DNA of 64,000 nucleotides from Patescibacteria group bacterium (GTDB lineage Bacteria > Patescibacteriota > Minisyncoccia > Phycocordibacterales > PALSA-1337), in contig JAGWWT010000002.1 of assembly GCA_018970245.1 (NCBI GenBank), forward strand, positions 24,067-88,066, in the 5' to 3' direction. Shown in pieces: positions 49,432-58,212 of the stretch. A program made the position numbers and the translations under genes. The stretch's first letter is position 1, and the number at the start of each line of letters is the position of its first letter. Below the pieces are notes generated by a model. It was given only the letters and a program-made list of their open reading frames with translations, had not been told where the DNA came from and searched no databases.

Positions 49432-50046
49432 CTACGTTAACACCTGAGACGACCGGAGGTTTCGGTGCGCCCCGGCCTGCGCCTTGGGCTTGGCTTTGGC
49501 CTTGGTTTGCGGCATAGTCCCGCATTCCTGTCTGATCTTGTTCCTGATCCTGAAGAGGAGCAGCTTGGCGCCAGAGACTGTGCGGTGTATGCGCTGCGCT
49601 ATCTCCTTGTTGTGCATGCCGCGGATGTAGGCCATGCCCAGGACGGACCGCTCGAATGGCGAAAGATGCTCGATGGCCCGGACCAAGTCCTCGCGCTCCA
49701 GATAAGCCTTGATGTCGCTCTTCTCGTCGGCCATTTCCGGCATCTGCTCTTTTTCGATATGGCTCCATGGCACGCTCTTTATGCGCCTGTAGTGATTGAC
49801 GAGCAGGTTGTGCGCGATGGTCATGAGATAGGTTATGTATAGATATCCCTCTTCCCTGAAAGCCGGAAAATGCTTCAAGGCGCGGAGGAACGTATCCTGG
49901 GCGAGATCCTCGGCCAGCTCGTGGTCATAACCGACGCGATTCAGGAAATAGCCGTACACGCGCCCGTAATACGCATCGTACAAAGCCCCGAAATCGCGCG
50001 GGTGCAAGGATGACTTATGAAGGATGGCTGGATCGGCGGCTCTCAT
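49432..50046 (-). CDS. RNA polymerase ECF-type sigma-70 factor
   Basis: region 2 DLAQDTFLRALKHF, region 4 HTH NKEIAQRIHRTVSGAKLLLFRIRNKI; Lys/Ala-rich C-terminal tail. Confidence 0.8.
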   Translation of the reverse strand: MRAADPAILHKSSLHPRDFGALYDAYYGRVYGYFLNRVGYDHELAEDLAQDTFLRALKHFPAFREEGYLYITYLMTIAHNLLVNHYRRIKSVPWSHIEKEQMPEMADEKSDIKAYLEREDLVRAIEHLSPFERSVLGMAYIRGMHNKEIAQRIHRTVSGAKLLLFRIRNKIRQECGTMPQTKAKAKPKAQAGAHRNLRSSQVLT

Positions 50047-50177
50047 GCCACCAATATATGCCGTCTGCGGAGATTGTTAACGATTTTTAAGGCATCGCGC
50101 CGCCCTGCCTATTCCAGCTAGGCAGAGAGCCGGATATCTCTTCTTGAAATACGACGATCGCGTCGTCTATGGCTGTC

Positions 50178-50909
50178 TCAAACCGATGTCTGCCACATGG
50201 ATTCGAACAGCAGCTTCATGGTCCCAGCGATCGCCTGGTCCTTTATGAGTATGCCGAATGGCCGCTTCTCATTCATGGAAATCATGGCGGTCGTGTCGGC
50301 GTATATGAGGTTGGCATTCTCGATGCGCGACCCTTGGGGCAGGAACCTGGTCAGCCGCAGCTCCTTCGGGTCGGCGGATCTGAGCTTCGCGGAAGCCGGC
50401 GTCTTGTCGGTGATGAGCCTCATTCGCAAGAACCGCTTGCGCCGCCGCTCTATGAGATCGGATACGTAGTCTTCCCCGAGGAGATCGATCCAGCTGTCCC
50501 AGGGCAAGAATGCCGATATCTCGTGCTTGGTCTCGATCATGTCGTCGAGTATGAGCTTTATCTCTCCGGCGCCGGTATATGTGATGATCCGCGGCGCAGC
50601 AGCCTCTGCGGTCTGCTTGGTCCTGAGCTTCGGCACTATCCCCTCGAATGCTTTGAGCTTCTCAGCCAAGCCGGCAGCGATCTTCTCTGGATCGACGGCC
50701 ACCCAGTGGAGCCTATGGCGCCTGGTATATGAATTGACGAGGCCGTGCTTGTGCATACGGCGGAGCACTTCCTCGGCTGTGGTAAGAGGTATGTCGGTCC
50801 TATCAGAAAGCTCGGCCGTCGTGCTGTCGCCGGACTCCAACGCCGAAATATAGAGCTGTATCTCCCTAGGATGGAACCCCACATATTCCATTGTGGAGCG
50901 CACATTCAT
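50178..50909 (-). CDS. TrmB-family transcriptional regulator
   Basis: N-terminal HTH LYISALESGDSTTAELSDRTDIPLTTAEEVLRRMHKHGLV plus C-terminal effector-like domain. Confidence 0.6.
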   Translation of the reverse strand: MNVRSTMEYVGFHPREIQLYISALESGDSTTAELSDRTDIPLTTAEEVLRRMHKHGLVNSYTRRHRLHWVAVDPEKIAAGLAEKLKAFEGIVPKLRTKQTAEAAAPRIITYTGAGEIKLILDDMIETKHEISAFLPWDSWIDLLGEDYVSDLIERRRKRFLRMRLITDKTPASAKLRSADPKELRLTRFLPQGSRIENANLIYADTTAMISMNEKRPFGILIKDQAIAGTMKLLFESMWQTSV

Positions 50910-50955
50910 AGCCTAAGCCTATACCCGGACCCAGTAACTTGCAACCTCTAGAGAT

Positions 50956-51420
50956 CTATTGTGGAACGGCCTGTTTCTTGCGCATCAGCCAGAGGACGAT
51001 GATGACGGAAGCTATCGAGATCGCGAAGCTGCCGACGACGTCTGCCGTGTGATGCACGCCTACGTAGACGCGGCTGACAGCGACGAGGATCGCCAGGACC
51101 CAGAGCGCCGCTCCCATCTTCCTGTTCCAGACGGTCCCTATCATCGCTATGGCGGAGACGAGGAGAGCATGATCTGACGGGAATCCGTTGTCTGCCGCGT
51201 GCGGTACGAGGGGCACGAAGTTCCCGACGACGAACGGCCGAGGATCATATATGAGGAGGCTGCCGATCTTGGCGAGAATGAAGGCCAGCACAGCCGAGCA
51301 GACCGCGAATATGATCATGCGCTTCCAGCCGGCCCGAGGCTGCATGAAGAAATAGACGGCCAGAATGAGCGCTGGCAGAACGAACAGGTATTTGGCGCAG
51401 AAGATGAAGAAAGAGTCCAT
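50956..51420 (-). CDS. PAP2-family phosphatase (BcrC/YbjG-like undecaprenyl-diphosphatase candidate)
   Basis: PAP2 motifs PSDHA and SRVYVGVHHTADV; 4 TM. Confidence 0.75.
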   Translation of the reverse strand: MDSFFIFCAKYLFVLPALILAVYFFMQPRAGWKRMIIFAVCSAVLAFILAKIGSLLIYDPRPFVVGNFVPLVPHAADNGFPSDHALLVSAIAMIGTVWNRKMGAALWVLAILVAVSRVYVGVHHTADVVGSFAISIASVIIVLWLMRKKQAVPQ

Positions 51421-51425
51421 ATATA

Positions 51426-52004
51426 TTGTTTGATGTGGGATCGTTTGATGCGGATAGTGGGCCCATTATATCAGGACTGGCTGAAACGCGTTATACTTTG
51501 CAGATGCGCGATTCCCCATTTGCGACCAATACAGCGGCGACGATATTCACGGCGATCGTCTATCAGCTATTCACAGCCCTGGATATCGGCAGCTCGATGA
51601 TGATTCTGAAGGAGAAAATGGCCTCCATGGAACATGCGGGAACTTCTCGGTTCGAACCGGTCATGGATTTCTTCAAAGACTGCAAACAAGCCGCGGTTTT
51701 AGCGAAAAGCGGCAAGCCGAAGGAATTACGCGAATTCTTCCAAAAAGTCGGTTCGAACCCGCTCGTCCTCGACCGCGCCCTGACCGCAACCGCCCGCGCC
51801 CCCTTCGCCCTGGTGAGAGCCCTTCCGGAAAACGCCAAGGGACATGCGGGCGGCGCGGCAGGAGGGGTCTGGGGAGGAATGCCGCGCCGCCCTCAATCAT
51901 GCGATGCGACTGCGTCTTTTTTGGGCGATTCCGAGTTTTTTGCGAAATTGCTGGAATTTTTGAATGATGTTCGAACTTTTTTCGCCGAGAATCCTCGCAC
52001 CTGA
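51426..52004 (+). CDS. hypothetical protein (start uncertain; strong RBS AAGGAG before internal ATG near 51618)
   Basis: only plausible frame in the region; internal repeats EFFQKVGSNP / EFLNDVRTFFAENP. Confidence 0.3.
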   Translation: MFDVGSFDADSGPIISGLAETRYTLQMRDSPFATNTAATIFTAIVYQLFTALDIGSSMMILKEKMASMEHAGTSRFEPVMDFFKDCKQAAVLAKSGKPKELREFFQKVGSNPLVLDRALTATARAPFALVRALPENAKGHAGGAAGGVWGGMPRRPQSCDATASFLGDSEFFAKLLEFLNDVRTFFAENPRT

Positions 52005-52184
52005 ATGGTTGCGCCTCGCATTCGCTCGGCGCTCGGATAGGGCGGACGGCGGCCTGGGGGTGTGGGGGGAGGTCGCCGTCCGCCCTTACTGCATTTTTGA
52101 CGCCTCCCTGGCGTTCGCGGGGGCGGTTCAAGATCAATCATAGCAAATCTCAATCGTCGCAGGAATCGCAAGGTTAAGTGACTC

Positions 52185-52268
52185 GAAGCGGCCCACTTCT
52201 TGAAGAAGTCGGCCGCTTCTCTATGGAGCTTGTGGCTCATTTCATAGATTTGAGCCACAACCGTTTTT
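52185..52268 (+). terminator. about 35-nt near-perfect palindrome followed by a second hairpin plus T5 (terminator)
   Basis: GAAGCGGCCCACTTCTTGAAGAAGTCGGCCGCTTC then TTGTGGCTCA-N11-TGAGCCACAA CCGTTTTTG. Confidence 0.55.
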
Positions 52269-52287
52269 GAGTGATCCACAGAGTTTT

Positions 52288-53055
52288 TCAGCGCACAAAG
52301 CGGTATTTTGCGTGTCTTGGAGATCCTTCGCGGACTAGACGTCCTTGCCTTACGAGATCGACGAGATATCTGGTCGCTGTGGCGTCAGATACCCTCGTGA
52401 GCTTCTGGACTTCATCGTTGGTGACGATTTGGTGTTGTTGGGCATGTTCGATAACTATTTCCAGTTTCTTTTGCCTGTGTTCTTGGATTTTCTGGCGTTC
52501 TTTGGTTCTGATTTCGTTCAGATGTTGCAGATCAGGGTTTGTTGCAGGAGTTTGTGATGTTGGCGCTGGATTGCTCGGCGCAGGCGCAGGCGTTGCCGGT
52601 GTTTGCGGTGATGGTTGGGTCGCTTGTGTCGGTGTTGGCGTCTCCGGTGTTGGAGCCTGTGGAGGTTGCGCCGGCGATTGCGGCTGTGGCGCTAGCGTAG
52701 TCTGTGCCGCCGGCGCAGACGCAGAAGATTCAGGAGCTTGTTGAGGAGATTCGGTCGGAGTTTCTGATTGAGCCGGCTCAGTTGGTGACGCGTCCGTGGT
52801 TTCAGGCGTTTGTGGTTCACCGCTGGTATCGTCGATCGGTTGAGGCTCGGATCCTGGCGCAGGTTCTGGCTCTTTCGGCGGTTCATCAGGAGCCGCCGGA
52901 CTCGGGTTCGGTTCTAGACTTGGCTGCGCAGGCGTTGATGGCTCTGGAGCAGGTCCGGCGGGCACGGCAGATGCCGGAGCTGGCGCGAGCGTAGAGGTAT
53001 CTATATTTTGGTCCTTGTTTTCTTCCATATTTTGCTTGTAATTCCAACGGCTCAT
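52288..53055 (-). CDS. Pro-rich low-complexity protein with C-terminal winged HTH
   Basis: N-terminal about 170 aa P/A/T/E/Q-rich; C-terminal IVTNDEVQKLTRVSDATATRYLVDLVRQGRLVREG wHTH; likely true start is the internal ATG 27 nt downstream (MEENKDQ). Confidence 0.5.
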   Translation of the reverse strand: MSRWNYKQNMEENKDQNIDTSTLAPAPASAVPAGPAPEPSTPAQPSLEPNPSPAAPDEPPKEPEPAPGSEPQPIDDTSGEPQTPETTDASPTEPAQSETPTESPQQAPESSASAPAAQTTLAPQPQSPAQPPQAPTPETPTPTQATQPSPQTPATPAPAPSNPAPTSQTPATNPDLQHLNEIRTKERQKIQEHRQKKLEIVIEHAQQHQIVTNDEVQKLTRVSDATATRYLVDLVRQGRLVREGSPRHAKYRFVR

Positions 53056-53078
53056 CGGCGTTGAGCCGTTAAAACCCT
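53044..53078 (-). promoter_or_regulatory. conserved palindromic element, copy 1 (AACGGCTCA-N7-TGAGCCGTT)
   Basis: about 35-nt block shared with 58874-58908; overlaps the annotated start of 52288..53055. Confidence 0.55.
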
Positions 53079-53296
53079 TGTATTTTTTAGTGGAATGCGA
53101 TTAACTGTCAGCCTCTATTATACTGAACATTATGCCTCTGCAAAATACCTTGATCATTCAATGCCCCTACATTATTCTACGAATATGAACAGGCCGTTTA
53201 ATGCAATCTGCTGAGCCACAGACCATTGACAATTGACTGATTATCATTTATATTATTTTCAGTGCTCGTTAACAACAGAATAGGAGAAATCACAAA

Positions 53297-53842
53297 ATGA
53301 AAACAAAGGACAGACAGGCTTTCAACGCCTTGAATGGGAAAGGCTCGGAGCGCGCTGATCGTTTGCATCGATTTCTCATGGAATCGGGCTTTGATTTCGC
53401 GACGGGTGTGCCGTGCGGAGTGTTGAAACATATCATAGCCAATTTGGTTGGCGATAAACGGGTATGTCATGTGCCCGCCAATCGCGAATCGGAAGCTATA
53501 GGACTTGCTGCCGGAGCATATCTGGCCGGTAAGAAACCGCTGGTGTATATGCAGAATTCGGGATTATTCGCAGCGTCTAACGACATCGCTTCATTGCTAG
53601 TGCCGTATGGAATACCGGCGTTAATGCTGATATCTTACCGCGGTTGCGAAGGAGAAGACGCCGTTCAACATCTGACTACCGGCCATGCGACGGAAAATCT
53701 GATCCGATCATTCAATCTGCCATATGAAGTGTTTGACGGCCGGAAACGCGACATAAACGCCTGCGTTTCCGTCTTGATCGGTCTGATGACCGAAAGAGAG
53801 CTTCCGGCGATACTTCTGCTGAAGAGAGGATGGTATGTATGA
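53297..53842 (+). CDS. TPP-dependent sulfopyruvate/phosphonopyruvate decarboxylase-like, alpha subunit (ComD-like)
   Basis: 181 aa; TPP-enzyme N-terminal (pyrimidine-binding) domain pattern GFDFATGVPCGVL...ANRESEAIGLAAGAYLAGKKP. Confidence 0.7.
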   Translation: MKTKDRQAFNALNGKGSERADRLHRFLMESGFDFATGVPCGVLKHIIANLVGDKRVCHVPANRESEAIGLAAGAYLAGKKPLVYMQNSGLFAASNDIASLLVPYGIPALMLISYRGCEGEDAVQHLTTGHATENLIRSFNLPYEVFDGRKRDINACVSVLIGLMTERELPAILLLKRGWYV

Positions 53843-54411
53843 AAAGAGCCGACGTCATTGAGATCGTAGCGACTTCAACACAATGCGACGACGTCATCGT
53901 TGCGACTACCGGGTTGATATCCAGAGAACTATTCGAAAGATTCGACTCCGAGAGGAACGTGTATATACCGGGTTCAATGGGATTGGTTTCATCCGTGGGA
54001 TTAGGCATAGCCTTGTGTGACACAAATCACAGGGTGGTGATAATAGACGGAGATGCTAGCCTACTCATGAACTTGGGTTCAATGGTAACTATTGGATCAA
54101 GGAGACCGAAAAATCTCCTCCATATAGTGTTGGACAACGGCGCATACGCGTCGTGCAGCGAGGAATCATCCATGTCCGGAACGGCAAACTTCGGATTATT
54201 GGCTAAAGATGTAGGCTACAAATATACCGCTACCGTTGGCGACAGAGAAGCATTAAAACGTGCTATACTGTCGTTCAAGGGCGGCCCGGGATTCTTGTCT
54301 GCCATAACGGAACTTGGAGGACGGCGAGATTTTCGCCGGCCGCAAAAGCTCAAAGAGATCAAAAGACGGTTCATGAGATTCATGAGCCGGCAACCAAAAG
54401 GAAAAATATGA
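53830..54411 (+). CDS. TPP-dependent sulfopyruvate/phosphonopyruvate decarboxylase-like, beta subunit (ComE-like)
   Basis: TPP-binding motif GSMGLVSSVGLGIAL...IDGDASLLMNLGSMVT...LDNGAY; 13-nt overlap with alpha gene. Confidence 0.7.
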   Translation: MVCMKRADVIEIVATSTQCDDVIVATTGLISRELFERFDSERNVYIPGSMGLVSSVGLGIALCDTNHRVVIIDGDASLLMNLGSMVTIGSRRPKNLLHIVLDNGAYASCSEESSMSGTANFGLLAKDVGYKYTATVGDREALKRAILSFKGGPGFLSAITELGGRRDFRRPQKLKEIKRRFMRFMSRQPKGKI

Positions 54412-55250
54412 TGTTTCAAGGAAAAAAAGTATTCAACGCATCGTTCGACGCCTATGCCGACGATTATCACGAAGTCCGGCCGGGATATCCCGACCAGATG
54501 TTCAACGATATCAAGGCTCAATGCGGCATAACCGGTGACTCTAAGCTCCTGGAGATAGGGGCCGGCAGCGGCATAGCCACGAAAAAGCTGGCCGAGTTCG
54601 GTTGCAAGATAACCGCGCTCGAGCCAGGATCGAATCTGGCACGCATCGCCAGAAAACACACCTCCAAACTGCAAAATGTGGAGATAATCGAGGACACATT
54701 CGAATCCTTTCAACCGAAAGGAAAATTCGACACCGTCTTGGCGTTCACGGCGTTTCATTGGGTTCCCGGAAACGACAAATACGGAAGAGCTATGGAACTG
54801 CTCAATGATTCCGGGAGCTTGGTGATAGTATGGAACAGCTTTCTACAGGATCATTCCGCCGTGACCGCCGAAGTCAACGAGGCCTACGACAGATTGTTGC
54901 CGACGGTCTACGGTAAGATCGGGGACTCTTCGGAAATCAACAAGAGGGTCTTGGCCAAGCTGACTTCAAGGGAAAGGGAAATATTTCTCAACGATCGCCT
55001 GTATCCGGTATTCTTGCGGAAATACACCGCCAGATACAACTACGACGACAAGACCTATCCTCAACTGCTCAATACGTTCCCGAAGATAGTCGGAACCGAG
55101 GATTCCGTGCGCAGCTCGTTTCTCCGAGAAGTGTCAGGGATCATCAAGCGCCACGAGATGATCACGGTACCGGTCCTCACGACAGTCGTGATCTGCAGAC
55201 GCAGAGAGTCATTCTTGCGAATGACCGTAAATGAAGACAGAGAGGAGTAA
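54408..55250 (+). CDS. class I SAM-dependent methyltransferase
   Basis: motif I LLEIGAGSGIATKKLAEFGCKITALEP; 4-nt overlap upstream. Confidence 0.7.
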   Translation: MMFQGKKVFNASFDAYADDYHEVRPGYPDQMFNDIKAQCGITGDSKLLEIGAGSGIATKKLAEFGCKITALEPGSNLARIARKHTSKLQNVEIIEDTFESFQPKGKFDTVLAFTAFHWVPGNDKYGRAMELLNDSGSLVIVWNSFLQDHSAVTAEVNEAYDRLLPTVYGKIGDSSEINKRVLAKLTSREREIFLNDRLYPVFLRKYTARYNYDDKTYPQLLNTFPKIVGTEDSVRSSFLREVSGIIKRHEMITVPVLTTVVICRRRESFLRMTVNEDREE

Positions 55251-55252
55251 GT

Positions 55253-56344
55253 ATGATAGACACAGAAAGGCTATTGCAGCTTTCGCGGCAATACAGAACG
55301 CCGCTGGAAGATACGATGTTTATATCGCTCAACATGAGCGGTGTGAGCTTCAAATGCGATTACAACAGGATGCGGACAGCCGTAAGGCTGGAAAATCATG
55401 AGCTGTTCGGATATGCGGAGGAACGAAATGAACTTGAATATTATTTCGCCCTGCCGATAAACGACTCTAGCCCGTTCCGGATATCCGGCGACGTTCTGTC
55501 GTTAGGAGACACGGCGATAGGCTCCACCGTCGGAGCGACGGAAGATATCTGCGATTCGCACTATCCGAGAAGGCGAGGCACTTCGCTGAATCTTAACCCC
55601 AATTCTCGGACATCTTGCCGCGGTTGCGAATTCTGCTACACCGCGTATCAAGTGCCGTGCGACAGGAAAAAACTGAGGGATCGCCGAGATCTCGAGGAAT
55701 TTTTCGAGGGGTGGATGAAAGGACGATGCTTATCGGATCTGTCCGGTCTCATCCAAGTATCAGTCGTGACAGGATGTTACGACGGCGGCAAGGAAGTATG
55801 CCGTTTCATCTTGGAACTAAGGAGCGTATTGAGCCGATACGGATTCAACGGTTCGATATTCTATCTTGGTTCTCAGTTGACGACGGAAGACGAATTGAGC
55901 CGCTTGGAAGCGGCCAAGCCAGTCAGTGTATGTTATTCGCTGGAGACGTTCGAGAGACGCGAGTTGTTGCGAGATAAAAAGCGCTTACTCAGCCTTAATA
56001 GAGCCGTTGAGCTCATGGATTTCTCCAGGGAGTCAGGATACGAGACCAGCTTTTCCTATGTCATTGGCTTGGAGCCTTTGCACATAGTGGGCAAGCACTT
56101 CTCTTATCTGAAAGATCACATCAACAAATTCCCCATCATCAACACTCTGCAGATACACAAATATCACAGAGCCGAATTGGCCGATCCGAGCGTTGACGGA
56201 CCGGAATATTACTTGAGAGCGAGACGGCTTCTTGAGCAGATATTCTCGGATACGCCCATGAGGCCGCTGGTTTGGGAGAATTATCGCAGCTTATGGTTTC
56301 TGACCTTCAACAACGAACCGCTATATGGTTGGAGAACGCCTTAG
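55253..56344 (+). CDS. radical-SAM-like protein with non-canonical CX2CX2C cluster motif
   Basis: SRTSCRGCEFCYTAY (Cys triad with aromatic before the third Cys) about 120 aa from the N-terminus; 363 aa. Confidence 0.4.
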   Translation: MIDTERLLQLSRQYRTPLEDTMFISLNMSGVSFKCDYNRMRTAVRLENHELFGYAEERNELEYYFALPINDSSPFRISGDVLSLGDTAIGSTVGATEDICDSHYPRRRGTSLNLNPNSRTSCRGCEFCYTAYQVPCDRKKLRDRRDLEEFFEGWMKGRCLSDLSGLIQVSVVTGCYDGGKEVCRFILELRSVLSRYGFNGSIFYLGSQLTTEDELSRLEAAKPVSVCYSLETFERRELLRDKKRLLSLNRAVELMDFSRESGYETSFSYVIGLEPLHIVGKHFSYLKDHINKFPIINTLQIHKYHRAELADPSVDGPEYYLRARRLLEQIFSDTPMRPLVWENYRSLWFLTFNNEPLYGWRTP

Positions 56345-56364
56345 ACCTAAGCTTGGACACTAAC

Positions 56365-56397
56365 AGCCATGCGACATCCGTCCGCATGGCTTTTTTA
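56365..56397 (+). terminator. rho-independent terminator between convergent units
   Basis: AGCCATGCG-N9-CGCATGGCT then TTTTTT. Confidence 0.75.
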
Positions 56398-56409
56398 TGT
56401 TCTAATTAT

Positions 56410-56871
56410 CTAAACATCTATCTCCTCGCCATCCGGAAATATTTCTGATATTTTTTCAGACGTTTCGCGCAATTGTCCGTCGAACAGCAGGTAATTCCCC
56501 AATTGCGTAAATGGCACCCATGCGTACGACCTCACTTCGCCTTTCTTCGGTCTGACATCGTATGTACCGACCAAGCGAAACCCGAAAAAGTATCTTTCCG
56601 AACCGTCGTATTTTTTGCCGTCGCGATTCATTGTGATCACCTTGAATCTGAAACGCACGGGTACATGACTCCGTCCGACTAACTCGAGGGAACTTTTTTC
56701 TATGCCGAGTTCCTCGCGCACTTCTCGATACACGGCATCTTCCAATGTTTCTCCCTGCTCGACTCCGCCGCCCGGAACGGCGAAATACTTATTTTCAAAA
56801 GACTCCAGATTGACAAGGAGAAATTCCTTATTACTGTTCATTATGAGAGCTGATACGCCTTTTCTGTACAT
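56410..56871 (-). CDS. NUDIX hydrolase
   Basis: Nudix box GGGVEQGETLEDAVYREVREELGI. Confidence 0.8.
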   Translation of the reverse strand: MYRKGVSALIMNSNKEFLLVNLESFENKYFAVPGGGVEQGETLEDAVYREVREELGIEKSSLELVGRSHVPVRFRFKVITMNRDGKKYDGSERYFFGFRLVGTYDVRPKKGEVRSYAWVPFTQLGNYLLFDGQLRETSEKISEIFPDGEEIDV

Positions 56872-56901
56872 GGCGATAGTATAACAAAGTAGTAATTACA
56901 G

Positions 56902-57654
56902 TTATATTCTCCTCCTCAACACCGTAATGTTCCGCCCGCCTGGATAAGGTTTCTTGGCCGCATCGAAATCGCTGAAGTCGGAGACGTGTTCCCATTTACT
57001 GGTAGCCTCCGCTTTGGCGATAAAATCATTGATTCTATATAATTTCCTTGTCTCGGTATGTTCTATCACTTTTTTCTCGCCGTTCTCCTCTATCTCCAGT
57101 ATTATCCTTGCGTCAGATAACCCATTTCGCTCATCTATCCATTTAGGATCATAAGTGGTGATCACCTTTACACCGTCTCGCTCCATCTCCCATGTCTGGA
57201 TTCCGAAATCTTCCGGAAAGAAAAGTACGGCTCCGTCCAGAAAGTACAGACCTCCGCCCCTTACAGAGTGTGCCACCGAATCCATATGGCTCTGCAATTC
57301 ATGGTCATCAGTCACATAGAACGAGCCCAGGAAAAGCAAAGCGCAGTCGGCTTGTTTATTCGTGCGGAAGTTTCTTAAATCTCCTCGGATGATTTCGGCC
57401 TTGAGTCCCAAATCTTCTATAGTCTTTGTTGAATATTCGATCATCTCCTCATTCTGTTCCAAACCGACATAGTCGTAGCCTCGCCGGCACAACTCGCTCA
57501 TGTGCGGACTATTACCGGACGCTATCTCCAAGACTGTCTTTACCGGTATCAGCGATTCATTCTTTATGATTTGCTCGAGGAAATCTACTTCCTTCGCGAT
57601 ATCTCGGAATGAAAAAGCTATATCGTAATATTTTGGATTATCGTAGACATCCAT
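56902..57654 (-). CDS. class I SAM-dependent methyltransferase (TylM1/small-molecule N- or O-MTase-like)
   Basis: YYDIAF...VLEIASGNSPH motif I, acidic motif II. Confidence 0.7.
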   Translation of the reverse strand: MDVYDNPKYYDIAFSFRDIAKEVDFLEQIIKNESLIPVKTVLEIASGNSPHMSELCRRGYDYVGLEQNEEMIEYSTKTIEDLGLKAEIIRGDLRNFRTNKQADCALLFLGSFYVTDDHELQSHMDSVAHSVRGGGLYFLDGAVLFFPEDFGIQTWEMERDGVKVITTYDPKWIDERNGLSDARIILEIEENGEKKVIEHTETRKLYRINDFIAKAEATSKWEHVSDFSDFDAAKKPYPGGRNITVLRRRI

Positions 57655-57675
57655 AGGGTCGTAATATTTACAGCT

Positions 57676-58203
57676 CTATACTAAATACTCTCTAATTTCC
57701 TCAAAATCCTCGTATGAGTGATCGTCGCCTTTGCACACAATAAGATCCAGTGACCCAAATTTTCCCTCAGCTTGCTCTCTCCTTATATCTTCCGCCGAAG
57801 CCACGGGATCATGATCATTCTGAATGAGCGTCGTCGGCACGGAATAATCAGATGACCAAGCATCAATATCAAAACGGTTCTTCCTAGCCCATTCCGGAGG
57901 CAAACCTAGAAATACGCACCTGCCTATGCGTTCCGCCGCAATCGTTTTCGAATGAATGGAAAGCATGAACAATACGGTACCTATGGACTTGGCAAGAATA
58001 GCAATATCTCCACTGAAAGATCTCGCCGTATTTGTCAATTTCTTCAGTTCAATCTCCATATCTATCAACTCGCCGCCACTTGCCCAGTGGTCATAATATT
58101 GGACGGAAATTGATTTGAAATCGTCGGCAAAATAATCGCGCGCTTTTTCCGCCCATTCCTTATTTGACGCGCCGTTGCCTGGAATGATCATGAGGTTGCT
58201 CAT
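57676..58203 (-). CDS. alpha/beta-hydrolase (YdeN/RBBP9-like serine hydrolase)
   Basis: 175 aa; IIPGNGAS start and AKSIG nucleophile-elbow-like motif. Confidence 0.55.
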   Translation of the reverse strand: MSNLMIIPGNGASNKEWAEKARDYFADDFKSISVQYYDHWASGGELIDMEIELKKLTNTARSFSGDIAILAKSIGTVLFMLSIHSKTIAAERIGRCVFLGLPPEWARKNRFDIDAWSSDYSVPTTLIQNDHDPVASAEDIRREQAEGKFGSLDLIVCKGDDHSYEDFEEIREYLV

Positions 58204-58212
58204 AATTTCGTG

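Noticed and set aside
51673-52279. Two minus-strand ORFs (154 and 128 aa) in the 51.6-52.3 kb region
   Set aside because: Arg/Pro-rich shadow translations with no domain. Only the plus-strand frame has an RBS.
55253-56344. Whether the Cys-rich motif is a 2x[4Fe-4S] ferredoxin signature (CX2CX2CX3CP)
   Set aside because: Only one CX2CX2C is followed by a fourth Cys after 7 residues and no second cluster. The radical-SAM-like context (aromatic before the third Cys) fits better but remains unproven.
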